A DNA stretch of 64,000 nucleotides from Candidatus Omnitrophota bacterium. GTDB taxonomy: Bacteria > Omnitrophota > Omnitrophia > Omnitrophales > Aquincolibacteriaceae. Below, piece after piece: positions 1 to 10,521 of the stretch. Numbering within the stretch: the stretch's first letter is position 1; each line of letters starts with the position of its first letter. Position numbers and translations under genes: made by a program. Under the pieces are notes generated by a model that had not been told where the DNA came from, did not search any database, and saw nothing but the letters and a program-made list of their open reading frames with translations. The DNA lies in contig JAKLFP010000001.1 in the NCBI GenBank assembly GCA_022711115.1, positions 261,183-325,182 of the forward strand, given 5' to 3'.

Positions 1-5
1 TTTGC

Positions 6-419
6 TTAAATCTTTTTCTTTTCCAGCAACTTCTGATCCCATGCGACTTGGCGGTTGGATGCCTTGATAGCAACCAGGTGACGCGCTCCCCTTCTCAGCA
101 AGAAAAGCACTGCGTAACATACGACCATAAATTTCATGAGGAACCAAAACAAATGAGGAAAAAATACCAAGACTGGGAGGGTCAAAATTAAGATCAAAAA
201 ATGGCGCATTAAAGTGGTCAGAACGGCCACGACATCGATAGTATCTACTAGGGTATTTTTTGTCATTTGGAAGTTTTTTATTTTGTGCGTTTGATCGGAT
301 TTCCCCCTCCGAACGAACACAAAACGATTTAAATGTACACGACCGATTGCATATTGACAAGGGCTCTGCTTAAAAAAAATGGCTTTCTTTCCCGATGGGA
401 CTACAAACTGAGCGCCCAT
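6..419 (-). CDS. hypothetical small hydrophobic protein (uncertain whether coding)
   Basis: 137-aa ORF with a long hydrophobic stretch (VVAVLTTLMRHFLILILTLPVLVFFPHLFWFL). No recognisable family. The alternative + strand frames are short. Confidence 0.2.
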   Translation of the reverse strand: MGAQFVVPSGKKAIFFKQSPCQYAIGRVHLNRFVFVRRGKSDQTHKIKNFQMTKNTLVDTIDVVAVLTTLMRHFLILILTLPVLVFFPHLFWFLMKFMVVCYAVLFLLRRGARHLVAIKASNRQVAWDQKLLEKKKI

Positions 420-518
420 TGTCTAAAAACACGATAAGCCCTCTGATTTAACTAGCAATTTCGATCTTTTTATAGCATGCTTCTCTGCTAAAGCTGGCCC
501 GAACTGCTTCTTCCCGTA

Positions 519-950
519 TCAGCGGCCAGAACGACCTTTGGCTTTCCGGTCTTTTCGTAATTCTTTTTTAGCACTGTGCAGTTGCTTTTTGTCTTGGCGC
601 ATTTGCCTGACGTTCTCTTGATGCATCGTCTTGAGCTGTGCCTGGAGCTCTTTAGTCTTTGCGGTATCTCCGGCTTTTCTGGCTTCCCGAATCTGCTCCC
701 TTAAGGCTTTTTCCTCAGACCGGGCCGCTTGAGCATTTGTTTTGATTTCATTTTTTCCAGTTTTAATTGTTTCTTTATCCTGAGCCAACTCTTCTTTCAA
801 AGTCGTTCCCTCATTGACGGCTGCCGCTGGAACGGTTTCCGCGGTACCGGTTGCCGCAGAAACAACCGTATCTTCCGCAAAAAGTGACGGCACGCTAAAC
901 AGGCCAACGTAAAAAAGAATCGCCACAAAAATCCAAAGTATCTTTTTCAT
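519..950 (-). CDS. secreted Lys/Glu/Gln-rich coiled-coil protein (possibly Skp/OmpH-like)
   Basis: N-terminal signal peptide (MKKILWIFVAILFYVGLFSVPSLFA), then a low-complexity charged helical region. Size and composition resemble periplasmic chaperones, but there is no diagnostic motif. Confidence 0.35.
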   Translation of the reverse strand: MKKILWIFVAILFYVGLFSVPSLFAEDTVVSAATGTAETVPAAAVNEGTTLKEELAQDKETIKTGKNEIKTNAQAARSEEKALREQIREARKAGDTAKTKELQAQLKTMHQENVRQMRQDKKQLHSAKKELRKDRKAKGRSGR

Positions 951-1074
951 TTTTTTATTTTCCTCCTGTTGGTTGTTTTCGAAAACTAAAATCTAAAATC
1001 GCTTCCGCTCTTTAAGAATGCCATCGTTGTCCCGACTTCCTTCTATTTCCAAAACCCGATGGGATACCCTCGGA

Positions 1075-3699
1075 TCAAACATTCAATACATCGCCGTTTT
1101 TCTTAAGGACCAACCCATGCCCCTTAACATCCACAAGCACCTGATCATTTCCCAAAATTTCATTTTTGATCAGTGCCTTTGCCAGACGTGTTTCCAGCTC
1201 CCGCTGCAAATATCGCTTAAGCGGTCTGGCTCCATACACAGGATCATAACCGTTTTGGACGATCAAGTCACGGGCCGCATCCGAAAGTTCGATCCAAATC
1301 TGCCTCTCGGTCAACCGTTTCCGCAGATCCTGCGTCAAAAGATCGATAATCTTCATCAATTCCAAGCGACTCAGGGGCTTGAAAAGAACGACCTCGTCGA
1401 CGCGATTTAGGAATTCGGGACGAAAGTGTGCGCGCAGTTCGTCCAGAACCTTTTTTTTCGTCTCTTCTTTGAGCACACCGCCCTGAGAGATATCTTCCAG
1501 AAGGTATTGCGAACCGATGTTACTCGTCATGATCACAACGGTGTTTTTGAAATCTACGGTCCTGCCCTGGGAGTCGGTCAAACGGCCGTCATCCAGAAGT
1601 TGCAGCAGAACGTTGAAAACATCATGGTGTGCCTTTTCAATTTCATCCAGCAGAATCACGCTATAGGGTTTCCGACGAACCGCTTCCGTCAACTGACCGC
1701 CTTCGTCGTACCCGACATAGCCCGGAGGCGCACCGATCAGCCTCGAAACGGTATGGCGTTCCATGTATTCGCTCATATCGATGCGAATCATATTTTCCTC
1801 ACTATCGAAAAGGGCCTCGGCCAAGGCCTTCGCCAGCTCCGTTTTCCCGACACCAGTCGGCCCTAAAAAGATAAAGGAACCAATAGGACGCCTCGGGTCC
1901 TTGATGCCGGCCCTTGCTCGAAGCACCGCATCCGCCACCCATTGAACGGCCTCGTCCTGTCCCACAATCCGGCGGTGAAGCACATCGTCCAAGTGCAGAA
2001 GCTTTTCCCTCTCGCCTTCCACAAGACGGGATACCGGAATTCCTGTCCATCGTGAGACGATCGCCGCGATTTCCTCTTCGGTGACTTCTTCGCGCAAAAG
2101 CTTTTTTTCATTAGGTTTTTTGGAAAGCGCTTTCTCCTCATCTTTAAGCTTTTTTTCGAGATCGGGTAATTTCCCATAACGAAGTTCGGCCACTTTACCC
2201 AAATCCCCTTTGCGCTCAAAGGCCTCGGTATCAAGCTTTGCTTTTTCGATCTGTTTGCGAAGCAAACGCAATCTCTGGATCGCCTGTTTCTCGGTTTCCC
2301 ACTGGGCTTGCATGGTCTTTTGTTTTTCCCGAAGATCGGCTAATTCTTGTTTAAGATCGTTCAGCCTGTCTTTGCTTGCCTTGTCCTTTTCTTTTTTTAA
2401 GGCCGTCTCCTCGATTTCAAGCTGCATCACGCGTCTTGAAACTTCGTCAAGCTCCGTCGGCATGGAGTCAATCTCGGTCCGGATCATGGCGCAGGCTTCA
2501 TCCACCAGATCAATCGCTTTATCGGGTAAAAACCGGTCCGAAATATAGCGATTGGACAAAACCGCGCTTGCGACAAGGGCATTGTCCTGAATTTTTACGC
2601 CGTGATGCACTTCATAACGCTCCTTGAGCCCGCGCAAAATCGAAATCGTATCTTCCACGGAAGGCGGGACCACCATGACAGGCTGAAAACGTCTTTCCAG
2701 CGCCGCGTCCTGTTCGATGTGCTTACGGTATTCGTCAAGCGTCGTGGCGCCGATGCAGTGAAGTTCTCCTCGCGCGAGCATCGGCTTCAGCATATTGCCC
2801 GCATCCATAGACCCTTCCGCCTTTCCGGCACCGACAATGGTATGAAGTTCATCGATAAAAAGAATGATCTGGCCGTTGCTTTTCTTGATCTCTTGCAACA
2901 CTGCCTTCAAACGTTCTTCAAATTCTCCGCGGTATTTTGCCCCCGCCACCAAGGATCCCATATCCAAAGCAAAAATAGCTTTGTCTTTTAAACCTTCCGG
3001 GACATCTCCCTTCACGATCCTTTGGGCCAGGCCTTCTACAATGGCTGTTTTCCCGACACCGGGCTCTCCGATGAGCACAGGGTTATTCTTTGTCTTACGT
3101 GAAAGGATCCGGATTACCCTTCTGATCTCCCCGTCCCGGCCGATCACCGGATCCAATTTTCCTTTCTTGGCCTGCGTCACAAGTTCCAACCCGTATTTTT
3201 GAAGCGCATCATAAGTCCCCTCCGGATCGGCGCTCGTCACGCGCTGATTTCCCCGTATGGCGGTCAGAGCCTGAAGAACTTTTTCTCTTGAGATATGAAA
3301 TTCCCTGAAGATTTTTCGTGAAGGAGTAGCGGCATCTTCATCGAGAAAGGAAAGAAGGATGTGCTCCACGGAAACATATTCGTCTTTAAGCTGTTTCGCT
3401 TCTTGTCCAGCTTTGAATAAAAGGGACTGAAGCCTCTGTGTGACGTAAATCTTTCCGATCTCAGTCCCCGCGCCGGAGATCCTAGGCATCCTCCCAAGTT
3501 CCTCCTCAAGATGTTCTTGGAAAGACTCGACAGAAACATCCATCTGCTGAAGCAACCGGGGAAAAAGACCCTCCGACTGGGTCACAAGCGCTTTCAGCAG
3601 GTGCTCCCCGTCAACTTGCTGGTGGCCATATTCCACGGCGATGCTTTGAGCCTGAGCAATCGCCTCTTGAGATTTCAGCGTAAACTTATCGAGATTCAT
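1075..3699 (-). CDS. clpB: ATP-dependent chaperone ClpB (Hsp104-type AAA+ disaggregase)
   Basis: N-terminus [21 protein letters not shown]. Two AAA+ modules with Walker A ([30 protein letters not shown]). Long coiled-coil middle domain. The start is set at the internal ATG preceded by GGAGAAGG; the track ORF extends 20 codons further upstream. Confidence 0.95.
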   Translation of the reverse strand: MNLDKFTLKSQEAIAQAQSIAVEYGHQQVDGEHLLKALVTQSEGLFPRLLQQMDVSVESFQEHLEEELGRMPRISGAGTEIGKIYVTQRLQSLLFKAGQEAKQLKDEYVSVEHILLSFLDEDAATPSRKIFREFHISREKVLQALTAIRGNQRVTSADPEGTYDALQKYGLELVTQAKKGKLDPVIGRDGEIRRVIRILSRKTKNNPVLIGEPGVGKTAIVEGLAQRIVKGDVPEGLKDKAIFALDMGSLVAGAKYRGEFEERLKAVLQEIKKSNGQIILFIDELHTIVGAGKAEGSMDAGNMLKPMLARGELHCIGATTLDEYRKHIEQDAALERRFQPVMVVPPSVEDTISILRGLKERYEVHHGVKIQDNALVASAVLSNRYISDRFLPDKAIDLVDEACAMIRTEIDSMPTELDEVSRRVMQLEIEETALKKEKDKASKDRLNDLKQELADLREKQKTMQAQWETEKQAIQRLRLLRKQIEKAKLDTEAFERKGDLGKVAELRYGKLPDLEKKLKDEEKALSKKPNEKKLLREEVTEEEIAAIVSRWTGIPVSRLVEGEREKLLHLDDVLHRRIVGQDEAVQWVADAVLRARAGIKDPRRPIGSFIFLGPTGVGKTELAKALAEALFDSEENMIRIDMSEYMERHTVSRLIGAPPGYVGYDEGGQLTEAVRRKPYSVILLDEIEKAHHDVFNVLLQLLDDGRLTDSQGRTVDFKNTVVIMTSNIGSQYLLEDISQGGVLKEETKKKVLDELRAHFRPEFLNRVDEVVLFKPLSRLELMKIIDLLTQDLRKRLTERQIWIELSDAARDLIVQNGYDPVYGARPLKRYLQRELETRLAKALIKNEILGNDQVLVDVKGHGLVLKKNGDVLNV

Positions 3700-4165
3700 T
3701 GGAACCTTCTCCGTTTTCGGTTCAATCGAATGCCAAGGGATACAGCAAAGACCCGCCAAGGAACGCGTTGATCCTCCATTCCTCCGGCGAGTGCCTACTC
3801 TATTTTAGCTATTCACCCGCCATACCGCAACGGCGGATTACTCCGATCCGAAAAATATGGTTTGGGGGAAAAATTAAAAAATTTGTTCTGCCTTCCATAA
3901 ACTTCCACAACGGCTAGAACAGTATCTTGTGCCAGTCGGTATCAGCGCCCGATGGTCGTTGCCATGACATCTCAAAGGCGACTTACCTGTTCCTCCTGTT
4001 TTCCTCCCAAAGGAATCAAAAACCTTCTTGGATTTTTTCTCGTTTCCGATTATCCTGTTCATCGTATAGGTTCTTTTTTTGCGGATTTTCTTGGAAGAGT
4101 CATCCGCACCCAAAATTGTTTCTTTCAACTTTAAAATAAAAAAGCTGACTTAAAAACGAACATAT

Positions 4166-5011
4166 ATGAATGATCGAGACAGTTTCTATAAAATGGCGGG
4201 TGGCATTTTCAATCTTGTGGTCGGCTTGATCCTGCCTCTGGGTTGCCTCTTGCTCCGCTTTACCATCAGCGGCCAAATCAGCGGTCAGCCGTTTCCTGAT
4301 GCGCTATGGATCGAATTAAGAGACAACCTGTTTTTCTACATCTATTTATTCGCTAGTTCTATCCTGTCTTGCCTGCTTTTCGGTTTTTGCCTCAACTTTT
4401 TGAGAAATGAAACGTCGAAACAAATAAGGTCGTTGGAGAGTTTTCACAAAGTTTTAGAGCTTCGTCAAAATGACCTGCAAAACATCAACGATTCTCTAAA
4501 AAACCAGACGGTCATTGATTATCTGACCGGACTTTTCAATCGGCGGTATCTCTGGCTCGAACTTGAAAAAGAAGTGGAGCGGGCCAAGCGGCTAAAAGCT
4601 TTAAAGCATGTGCTAAGCGCTATCATGATTGACGTCGATAATTTCAAAGGCATCAATGACCGCCACGGCCACCAAGTCGGTGATTATGTCCTGCAGGAAG
4701 TCGCACAGCTTCTCAAACGCAGCATCAGAGTCATTGATCTTGTGGGACGTTATGGGGGCGACGAATTTCTGGTGATCCTTCCGGAAGCTAACGATATCAC
4801 AGTCCAGAAAGTCGCTGAGCGCATCCAAAGCAACGTCCATGATCTCACCCTCCGGTTTGCGGGAGAAGAATTAAAGGTCACGCTCAGCCTGGGAATTTCG
4901 ACGGTCGAATATATTGAAAGTTCGAATGATATCGATGTTCTTATTGAGAAAGCCGATCAATCCCTGCTTGCCGCAAAAAAGGGCGGAAAAGACAAAATCG
5001 TATCCGGCTAA
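4166..5011 (+). CDS. membrane-anchored diguanylate cyclase (GGDEF domain)
   Basis: Two N-terminal TM helices followed by a GGDEF domain: DxLTGLFNRRY, IMIDVDNFKGINDRHGH, RYGGDEFLVILPE. Confidence 0.85.
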   Translation: MNDRDSFYKMAGGIFNLVVGLILPLGCLLLRFTISGQISGQPFPDALWIELRDNLFFYIYLFASSILSCLLFGFCLNFLRNETSKQIRSLESFHKVLELRQNDLQNINDSLKNQTVIDYLTGLFNRRYLWLELEKEVERAKRLKALKHVLSAIMIDVDNFKGINDRHGHQVGDYVLQEVAQLLKRSIRVIDLVGRYGGDEFLVILPEANDITVQKVAERIQSNVHDLTLRFAGEELKVTLSLGISTVEYIESSNDIDVLIEKADQSLLAAKKGGKDKIVSG

Positions 5012-5041
5012 AATCCTCGGAATCTGTCCTCATATCCCCGT

Positions 5042-5839
5042 TCATCCTTGGTACTCCTTCCAAACGGCCTGAAGAGCATCAGCGGCACCCATTGAAATTT
5101 TAATGTCGACCAAGCCTGAGATGTCGGTTTTGTCCGGATTGATCTCGACGGTCGGTTTTCCGAAATGAGCGGCAAGGGTCATGGGATAGCGGATATACGG
5201 AAAAACGCTCGTCGTCCCGATGGAAAAATAGATGTCGAACATCTGACCAAGTTCACGTTCCATTTGATCGACTTTATGAGGCGGGAGACATTCTCCGAAA
5301 AAAACAACGTCGGGTCTGACAATGGTGCGGCACTCGGGACATCGCGGAGGAATGTCAAGGCCGTCGTAAGAGTCCACCCTCGTTTGCCATCCGCACCGCT
5401 CGCAAAGAATCTCATGCATATCGCCATGGATATCGATGACATTCTTTGAACCGGCCGCGTGGTGGAAGCCGTCGATGTTTTGAGTCAGGATCCAGACCCG
5501 CTCAAAATCCCGTTCCATTTCCGCCAGGATCTCATGAGCGCGGTTATGCTTGGCATGCCGGCACCTCCGTTCTATCTGGAAGAGATACTTCCAGGTAATC
5601 TCGGGTTTTTTCTGAAGCATCTCTCCTGCAAGCGCCGTCTCAATCGGAACTCCGTCTTCTGTGACTTTGTCATCATAGAGACCGCCCGTTCCTCTGTAAG
5701 TCGGCAAGCCGGAATCCGCAGATATCCCCGCTCCCGTGATGCATAAAATGCTTTTGCAGTTCCTGAGCAAGGCGGCCACTTTTTTGATCTGTGCACTTCT
5801 CATAGCTTTTGCTTTTCTTTGAAGATGTTGCGCCAGCAA
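5042..5839 (-). CDS. cobB: NAD-dependent protein deacylase, Sir2/CobB family
   Basis: GAGISADSGLPTYRG, QNIDGFHHAAG, HGDMH. Zn ribbon CERCGW...CPECRTIVRPDVVFFGE. The track start is a TTG; an ATG lies 12 codons downstream. Confidence 0.85.
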   Translation of the reverse strand: MLAQHLQRKAKAMRSAQIKKVAALLRNCKSILCITGAGISADSGLPTYRGTGGLYDDKVTEDGVPIETALAGEMLQKKPEITWKYLFQIERRCRHAKHNRAHEILAEMERDFERVWILTQNIDGFHHAAGSKNVIDIHGDMHEILCERCGWQTRVDSYDGLDIPPRCPECRTIVRPDVVFFGECLPPHKVDQMERELGQMFDIYFSIGTTSVFPYIRYPMTLAAHFGKPTVEINPDKTDISGLVDIKISMGAADALQAVWKEYQG

Positions 5840-6051
5840 AAGGTTCCCGCCCCCGCCGGGACAAAACCTTTGCGGCCTTTCGCGGATCCGAAATCCGTGG
5901 CTAAGTGGAAAGTTGAAAAAGTTTACGGACAGTCCCTTCGAATGAAGAAAGTAAGCGATTTTTTTGCTAGTTCAAAATGAAAATATATTCCGCCCCAGGA
6001 ACCATCGATTTTATAAAATCTTCCGGCTTGAAGAACGCACTTCTACTCGTC

Positions 6052-6483
6052 TTATGCCGGAGGATTGGGACGACCGCTTGCCTGGTTGATAAGAGCGCAT
6101 GCTTTTTGATTGTCCGCGGTTGAAAAAATCCCAACGATTTTGAAACCGTCCGAACTCGTACCATAGACAGATTCAACGTTGACGCCGTTTTGCCCAAGAA
6201 TCTTTGCGACCTCGGCCAAAGTCCCGACTTTGTTTTCAAATTCAACAATCAGGATTTCCCGTTCCTCAATTTGTGGGATAAAGTAGGCAATGCTTTCTTT
6301 CGTTTTTTTGAAATCATCCCCGGAGACGATCAGCCGGAGGTGACCCATCTCGCCTTCCGTATGCGCCGTCAGATGAACGATGAAAATGTTCTTTTGAGCC
6401 AAGGCGTAAATGATCCGACCGAGAAGCCCTGTTTCATCTTTGGCGACACAGTAGATTTCTTTCCCAAGAGTCGCTCGTGCCAT
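6052..6483 (-). CDS. tandem ACT-domain protein
   Basis: Two ACT-like beta-alpha-beta-beta-alpha-beta repeats: GLLGRIIYALAQKNIFIVHL and GTLAEVAKILGQNGVNVESV. GGAGCG RBS. Confidence 0.55.
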   Translation of the reverse strand: MARATLGKEIYCVAKDETGLLGRIIYALAQKNIFIVHLTAHTEGEMGHLRLIVSGDDFKKTKESIAYFIPQIEEREILIVEFENKVGTLAEVAKILGQNGVNVESVYGTSSDGFKIVGIFSTADNQKACALINQASGRPNPPA

Positions 6484-6560
6484 TATCGCTCCACTTGTTG
6501 AAAACTATTTTCCTTAAGATCAAGATTTTACCAGATGCAATAAACAACGGCCGTTTGACA

Positions 6561-8834
6561 CTACAGCTTGGTCGCGAGGGTTTGCTCCTCCTGAATTTTT
6601 TTTCGGACATTGTTGAAAAATTTCTTTGTCCCCCACACTTCTGGATCCCATTGATCTCCGATCTTCAGAAATAATGTGCGGGCGGTCTCAAAATCCCCAG
6701 CCCTATAAGCCGTTAACGCAAAATCATTTAAGTAATGATTAGATTTGGGAAAATCATTCGTAACTCTTTCATAAACCGCTTTTGTTTCTTTCCACGCAAC
6801 AGGATCTTTTTTGAAATATTCCTTGGTATCATCCCGGTAATACATTTCCCGGTGAGCATCAGCAAGAATCAGCGGGATAATGGTTTTGGGCGGGGCATTA
6901 CTGGCAGCCTCCCTCGCAAAAACAAACATTTGTTCACGGGAGCCATGCCACTTCGGCATTAAATAAGTTAATTTTAGAAGATAGGCCCTATAAGCCGTAG
7001 GGTCCACTTTAACGGCCTGTTGGAACCATTTTTCCATTTCAGCAAACTCCAGGCCTTGGCCTCTTGCAACGGTTAAAAGATTAATAGGGGCCCAAGGATC
7101 GTCTGGATTGAGTCCATACGCTTTGGTCAGATACTTTTGGGCTATCTCAAGGCGTTCACGATAGAGCCGGTATCCTTTGGACGTGACTGTTTTTGAAAAA
7201 CCGGCACCCCGGGCTTCCCAAGCATAATCAATATAGAAAATTCCTGCAACCAAGTTAGCAAAATGAGCATTGGGCCTTTGCTTCACCCATTTCTCGATTA
7301 GTTTTAAACGATCTCCAAGCGGTACTCCCATAGCTTTAGGAGCTACGAGTTTGTTGATTTCCTTACGAAATTCTGCGGAACCATCCTCGTCCTTCTTGTT
7401 TGCTTTCAGCAATACTGCTAACTGTGTTTCCAATTCATCATAGCGTCCCCTTTCCAACATCACATTCAGGTCATTCGGATTGACTTTCAGCGGCGCGTGG
7501 ACACTTTTCAAATAGGCTCGAACAAGTTTTTCGTGTTCCGCATGGGGAGCTAAGGTAAGGTAACGTTGGAAATAATGAATTGCGTTGGCAGTATCCCCTT
7601 TGACTTGATACGCCCTGGCAACTGCATGGTTATATTCCGGTTTTTCCGGCTCATATTCCAAGGCTTTTAGATAATAACGAATCGCTGATTCCTGATCTCC
7701 TTTATTAAAAAAATGAATCCCGATTGCATAAGCTGCATCACTCTCATCAGGATCCACGTAGAGTGCCGCTTTTTGAAATTTGTAGTAATTATCTTCATCA
7801 CGACGGGCATAATAATAAAATGTCCCCATATTCATCAGAGCAATAGAATAATCCGAGCATATCTGCAGGGCCATTTGATAATTTTTAAATGCTCTTTCTT
7901 TTTCGTTCAGCCGTTTTTCATTGCGACCACGGGTTAAGTAATTCCCGGACAATTCGGTCATGTCGCTTAAAATAGATTGTATACCCTTCAGGCGCAAGGC
8001 CGCCTGTGGGTCTGTTTTTTCTATTTCGGTTTTCAGAAGCTCCTTTAGATCAAGGTTCTTAAGACCATTGATGACGAGAGACGTTTCCGCTTTTTTAAGT
8101 AGCACCTCATCTGCTCGGGTTTTGGGATCGGTGAACAAAGCTATGATTTTTCGTAGCTTCTCAGAATCACCCGTTGCCCTGAAATCTGCCCAAAGAAGAT
8201 CCAGATCCTCTGCCGTCGCAATATTGGGCACGGCCTGGCCCGGTTGTTGAGCCTCTTGAACAATCGCATTGAGCCAATTTGAAGCTTCGACGCTTAAAGC
8301 AGTCCCCAACGCTTTGATTTCTTCGATCCTCTGAGGTTTTCCTTTTAAGGCCGTACTAAAAAAATGTTTGGTATAAGCGGCCGTTTGGGAGTCTTTAAGC
8401 AAGGCCGGATTTTTTAAAAAGGTTTTGAGATAAGCAGTGAGATTTTCTTCGTCGAAATTACGGTAATAATACAAAAGCGGCCAACGAGGGTCCTCCGGAA
8501 AGATCACAACATCGTTTTTTGTTGCGGGATGGTTCGTGTCCAACAGTTTCGCCAGAGCCTTTTTGAGGTTTTCATTGTTTTTGATCAACTGTATGCCAGG
8601 ATCGAGGGACGCTTCTGTTTTTTGCGTTTCCCGAACCTCACCAATCTCATCACGAGAAAAGGTAAGCACTACCCCGCTATAAAAACAATCAAATTGAACA
8701 AACTGGTCTGTCTTGTTAACAATTTTTCCGGAAACCGCATTGCCGGATTTGAAAATGATGGTATCGGCACAAAGAACGACTGGAAAAAGAAAATAAAAAA
8801 ACGTGCTGAGAACAATTCCTTTTCGGATGTTCAT
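6561..8834 (-). CDS. secreted tetratricopeptide (TPR) repeat protein
   Basis: Signal peptide (MNIRKGIVLSTFFYFLFPVVLCA) followed by multiple TPR-like W/Y/A/L-patterned repeats (AYAIGIHFFNKGDQESAIRYYLKALEYEP and similar). Confidence 0.7.
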   Translation of the reverse strand: MNIRKGIVLSTFFYFLFPVVLCADTIIFKSGNAVSGKIVNKTDQFVQFDCFYSGVVLTFSRDEIGEVRETQKTEASLDPGIQLIKNNENLKKALAKLLDTNHPATKNDVVIFPEDPRWPLLYYYRNFDEENLTAYLKTFLKNPALLKDSQTAAYTKHFFSTALKGKPQRIEEIKALGTALSVEASNWLNAIVQEAQQPGQAVPNIATAEDLDLLWADFRATGDSEKLRKIIALFTDPKTRADEVLLKKAETSLVINGLKNLDLKELLKTEIEKTDPQAALRLKGIQSILSDMTELSGNYLTRGRNEKRLNEKERAFKNYQMALQICSDYSIALMNMGTFYYYARRDEDNYYKFQKAALYVDPDESDAAYAIGIHFFNKGDQESAIRYYLKALEYEPEKPEYNHAVARAYQVKGDTANAIHYFQRYLTLAPHAEHEKLVRAYLKSVHAPLKVNPNDLNVMLERGRYDELETQLAVLLKANKKDEDGSAEFRKEINKLVAPKAMGVPLGDRLKLIEKWVKQRPNAHFANLVAGIFYIDYAWEARGAGFSKTVTSKGYRLYRERLEIAQKYLTKAYGLNPDDPWAPINLLTVARGQGLEFAEMEKWFQQAVKVDPTAYRAYLLKLTYLMPKWHGSREQMFVFAREAASNAPPKTIIPLILADAHREMYYRDDTKEYFKKDPVAWKETKAVYERVTNDFPKSNHYLNDFALTAYRAGDFETARTLFLKIGDQWDPEVWGTKKFFNNVRKKIQEEQTLATKL

Positions 8835-8911
8835 TTTTCAGCTCCCTTTTTTATAAAACCCACATGAAACGGGATGTTGTTGTTTCTGTGTGTGAGCTTA
8901 TCGTCCAATGA

Positions 8912-9436
8912 TTACTTTTTCTTTTTGGATTTTTTGGCGTTTTTGGAACTGGTTTTGGACTTTTTCTTTCTCGCGGAAGTTTCTTGCACCAGGGCAGGCA
9001 TCGAAGGTTTGGGCAGATTCGGTATTTTGATGCCGCTGGTGATATCCTTTGGCACATGGCCGGCCTTGCGGATTGCAAAGCATTCCGGACAGTAGACCGG
9101 GCGGCCTTCGCTGGGTTTGAAGGGAACTTTGCAACTTTTGCAGCAATCCGCACAGACGGCTTCATACAAAACCTTTTCCCGGGGACTGCGTTCCATTTGG
9201 GAATTTAGAACAGGATGCGGCGGCTGTTGCGCAGGACGCTGGACATTCTGGAGAAGAGACCTTATTTCCGATGGCAGGGATGAAGCCCGGCCAAGAATCT
9301 GATCCGTTTTTTTCTCTAACGTTTCAAGCCGTTCCACAAATTTTGTCATGACTGCTACTAGATCCGGCAACTCACTCCCTGCTGTGGACTTCCGGGATAA
9401 TTTTTTGGGTGTTTTTGCTTTTGTGCGCTTTTTCAT
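8912..9436 (-). CDS. Lys-rich zinc-ribbon protein (CxxC-x16/17-CxxC)
   Basis: Central CADCCKSCKVPFKPSEGRPVYCPECF four-Cys ribbon. Both termini are very Lys-rich (the C-terminus ends SARKKKSKTSSKNAKKSKKKK), suggesting nucleic-acid binding. Confidence 0.5.
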   Translation of the reverse strand: MKKRTKAKTPKKLSRKSTAGSELPDLVAVMTKFVERLETLEKKTDQILGRASSLPSEIRSLLQNVQRPAQQPPHPVLNSQMERSPREKVLYEAVCADCCKSCKVPFKPSEGRPVYCPECFAIRKAGHVPKDITSGIKIPNLPKPSMPALVQETSARKKKSKTSSKNAKKSKKKK

Positions 9437-9681
9437 AGAAGTCCTTTTTTAGTTCGATGACTGGAATTCGGGATTTTAAAGAGGTTTATAAATCGCGCAT
9501 TAAAATCTTTTATGCATCTGAGCCGGTTTTTGCAAGAATGTTTTCGTTTCAGAATCCGCTTCCCTGAATGGCCCGTAGTGATTTCTCATTAACTCCATCC
9601 TAAAACTAATGAGAGTCTACCTCTCCTTTTTCACCTAGGTATCAGCTTGCGGATTGCTATTTCAAAAAAAAGCGCTGCTTT

Positions 9682-9864
9682 TTAGGCTTTTCCGCTTTTC
9701 ACTAATTTTTCGGCTTCGAGCCAGATTTCAAGGTCTTTGCCTTGGACGCGACCCTTTTTTTCCCAAAGTTCTTTGGCTTTTTTCTGGATACGCGCAGTCA
9801 TTTCGGCATCCGAACATTTTGGCGTTGAAGTTTTATTCCATCCTAAATCACTGATCTTTGCCAT
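9682..9864 (-). CDS. DUF2934-like small protein
   Basis: 60 aa. Motif KELWEKKGRVQGKDLEIWLEAEK matches the DUF2934 signature. AGGAGG RBS. Confidence 0.5.
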   Translation of the reverse strand: MAKISDLGWNKTSTPKCSDAEMTARIQKKAKELWEKKGRVQGKDLEIWLEAEKLVKSGKA

Positions 9865-9909
9865 TATTGGTTCCTCCTTGGCTCTTTCGCCTGTTTAATC
9901 CTCATCTCC

Positions 9910-10302
9910 TCAAAAGAAAAGCCCCATGGTTAAAAGCGCGCCCCCTATGGCCGCAGAGCTCAACATCACGACCCGAAGCGCAAGCGGTTCGTTTACAAGG
10001 GCTATTAAAATCTCGCGCGATTTTTTATAAAAAAAAATCAGCGGCACTATTTTGACTAATCCGAGACTGAGAACGAGCGTCACGACGAATCCGTATATGC
10101 TCGCAGCTTTCCATAGCTCCATCCAAGTCCCTAACACCCAGAGCAATATCAAAAAACCAATTGCCGGCAGCCATTGGGGCCGTTTGTCAGGATAGATTTT
10201 TAAAAAGATATTTTCCCACTTTTTCTGAAAAAATACAACCCACAACCCGCCCAAAACCATCCACGCCCCAAGCAAGATGCTGAGAAATTTAAAATAGTTC
10301 AT
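9910..10302 (-). CDS. small integral membrane protein (3-4 TM)
   Basis: Hydrophobic helices with a Trp-rich interface. Separated by 1 nt from the upstream gene. Confidence 0.45.
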   Translation of the reverse strand: MNYFKFLSILLGAWMVLGGLWVVFFQKKWENIFLKIYPDKRPQWLPAIGFLILLWVLGTWMELWKAASIYGFVVTLVLSLGLVKIVPLIFFYKKSREILIALVNEPLALRVVMLSSAAIGGALLTMGLFF

Positions 10303-10303
10303 T

Positions 10304-10510
10304 TTACTTTTCTTCCCGCGCGGCGCTTTGTTTGCCGCACGACTTCATCTGTTTCCATCCTTCCACGATAACCGTCACGCCAACGACAAAAAAGGAAAGA
10401 AAACCGACCAATGCGAAAATTGCTTCCTGCAACGTCCCGGCCCAAAATGCACACCCGATGAATGCGAGTCCCGGTAAAAAATAGTTCAAAAAATATTTTG
10501 GAGATTTCAT
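10304..10510 (-). CDS. small integral membrane protein (2 TM)
   Basis: Two TM helices. The ATG start lies 12 nt after the upstream gene's stop; the track ORF uses an upstream TTG that overlaps the previous gene. Confidence 0.4.
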   Translation of the reverse strand: MKSPKYFLNYFLPGLAFIGCAFWAGTLQEAIFALVGFLSFFVVGVTVIVEGWKQMKSCGKQSAAREEK

Positions 10511-10521
10511 AAACTGCGGTT

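Noticed and set aside
1018-3771. Multiple 60-150-aa ORFs on the + strand opposite clpB (for example 1018..1410, 1426..1866, 2602..2991)
   Set aside because: They are antisense to a highly conserved AAA+ chaperone gene. They have no RBS or motifs and show typical antisense composition.
3700-3830. CIRCE (HrcA) or sigma-54 element upstream of clpB
   Set aside because: GAGTGC-N9-TTTAGC is not the TTAGCACTC-N9-GAGTGCTAA inverted repeat. TGGCGG-N7-TTGCT has GG/GC spacing one nt short of the sigma-54 consensus. A sigma-32-type promoter cannot be confirmed either.
4166-5839. Sir2-domain gene next to a GGDEF gene, as a possible Thoeris/DSR-like defence module
   Set aside because: The Sir2 protein has the full CobB-type catalytic and zinc-ribbon motifs at housekeeping size (265 aa) and lacks SLOG/TIR partners. 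The cyclase converges from the opposite strand.
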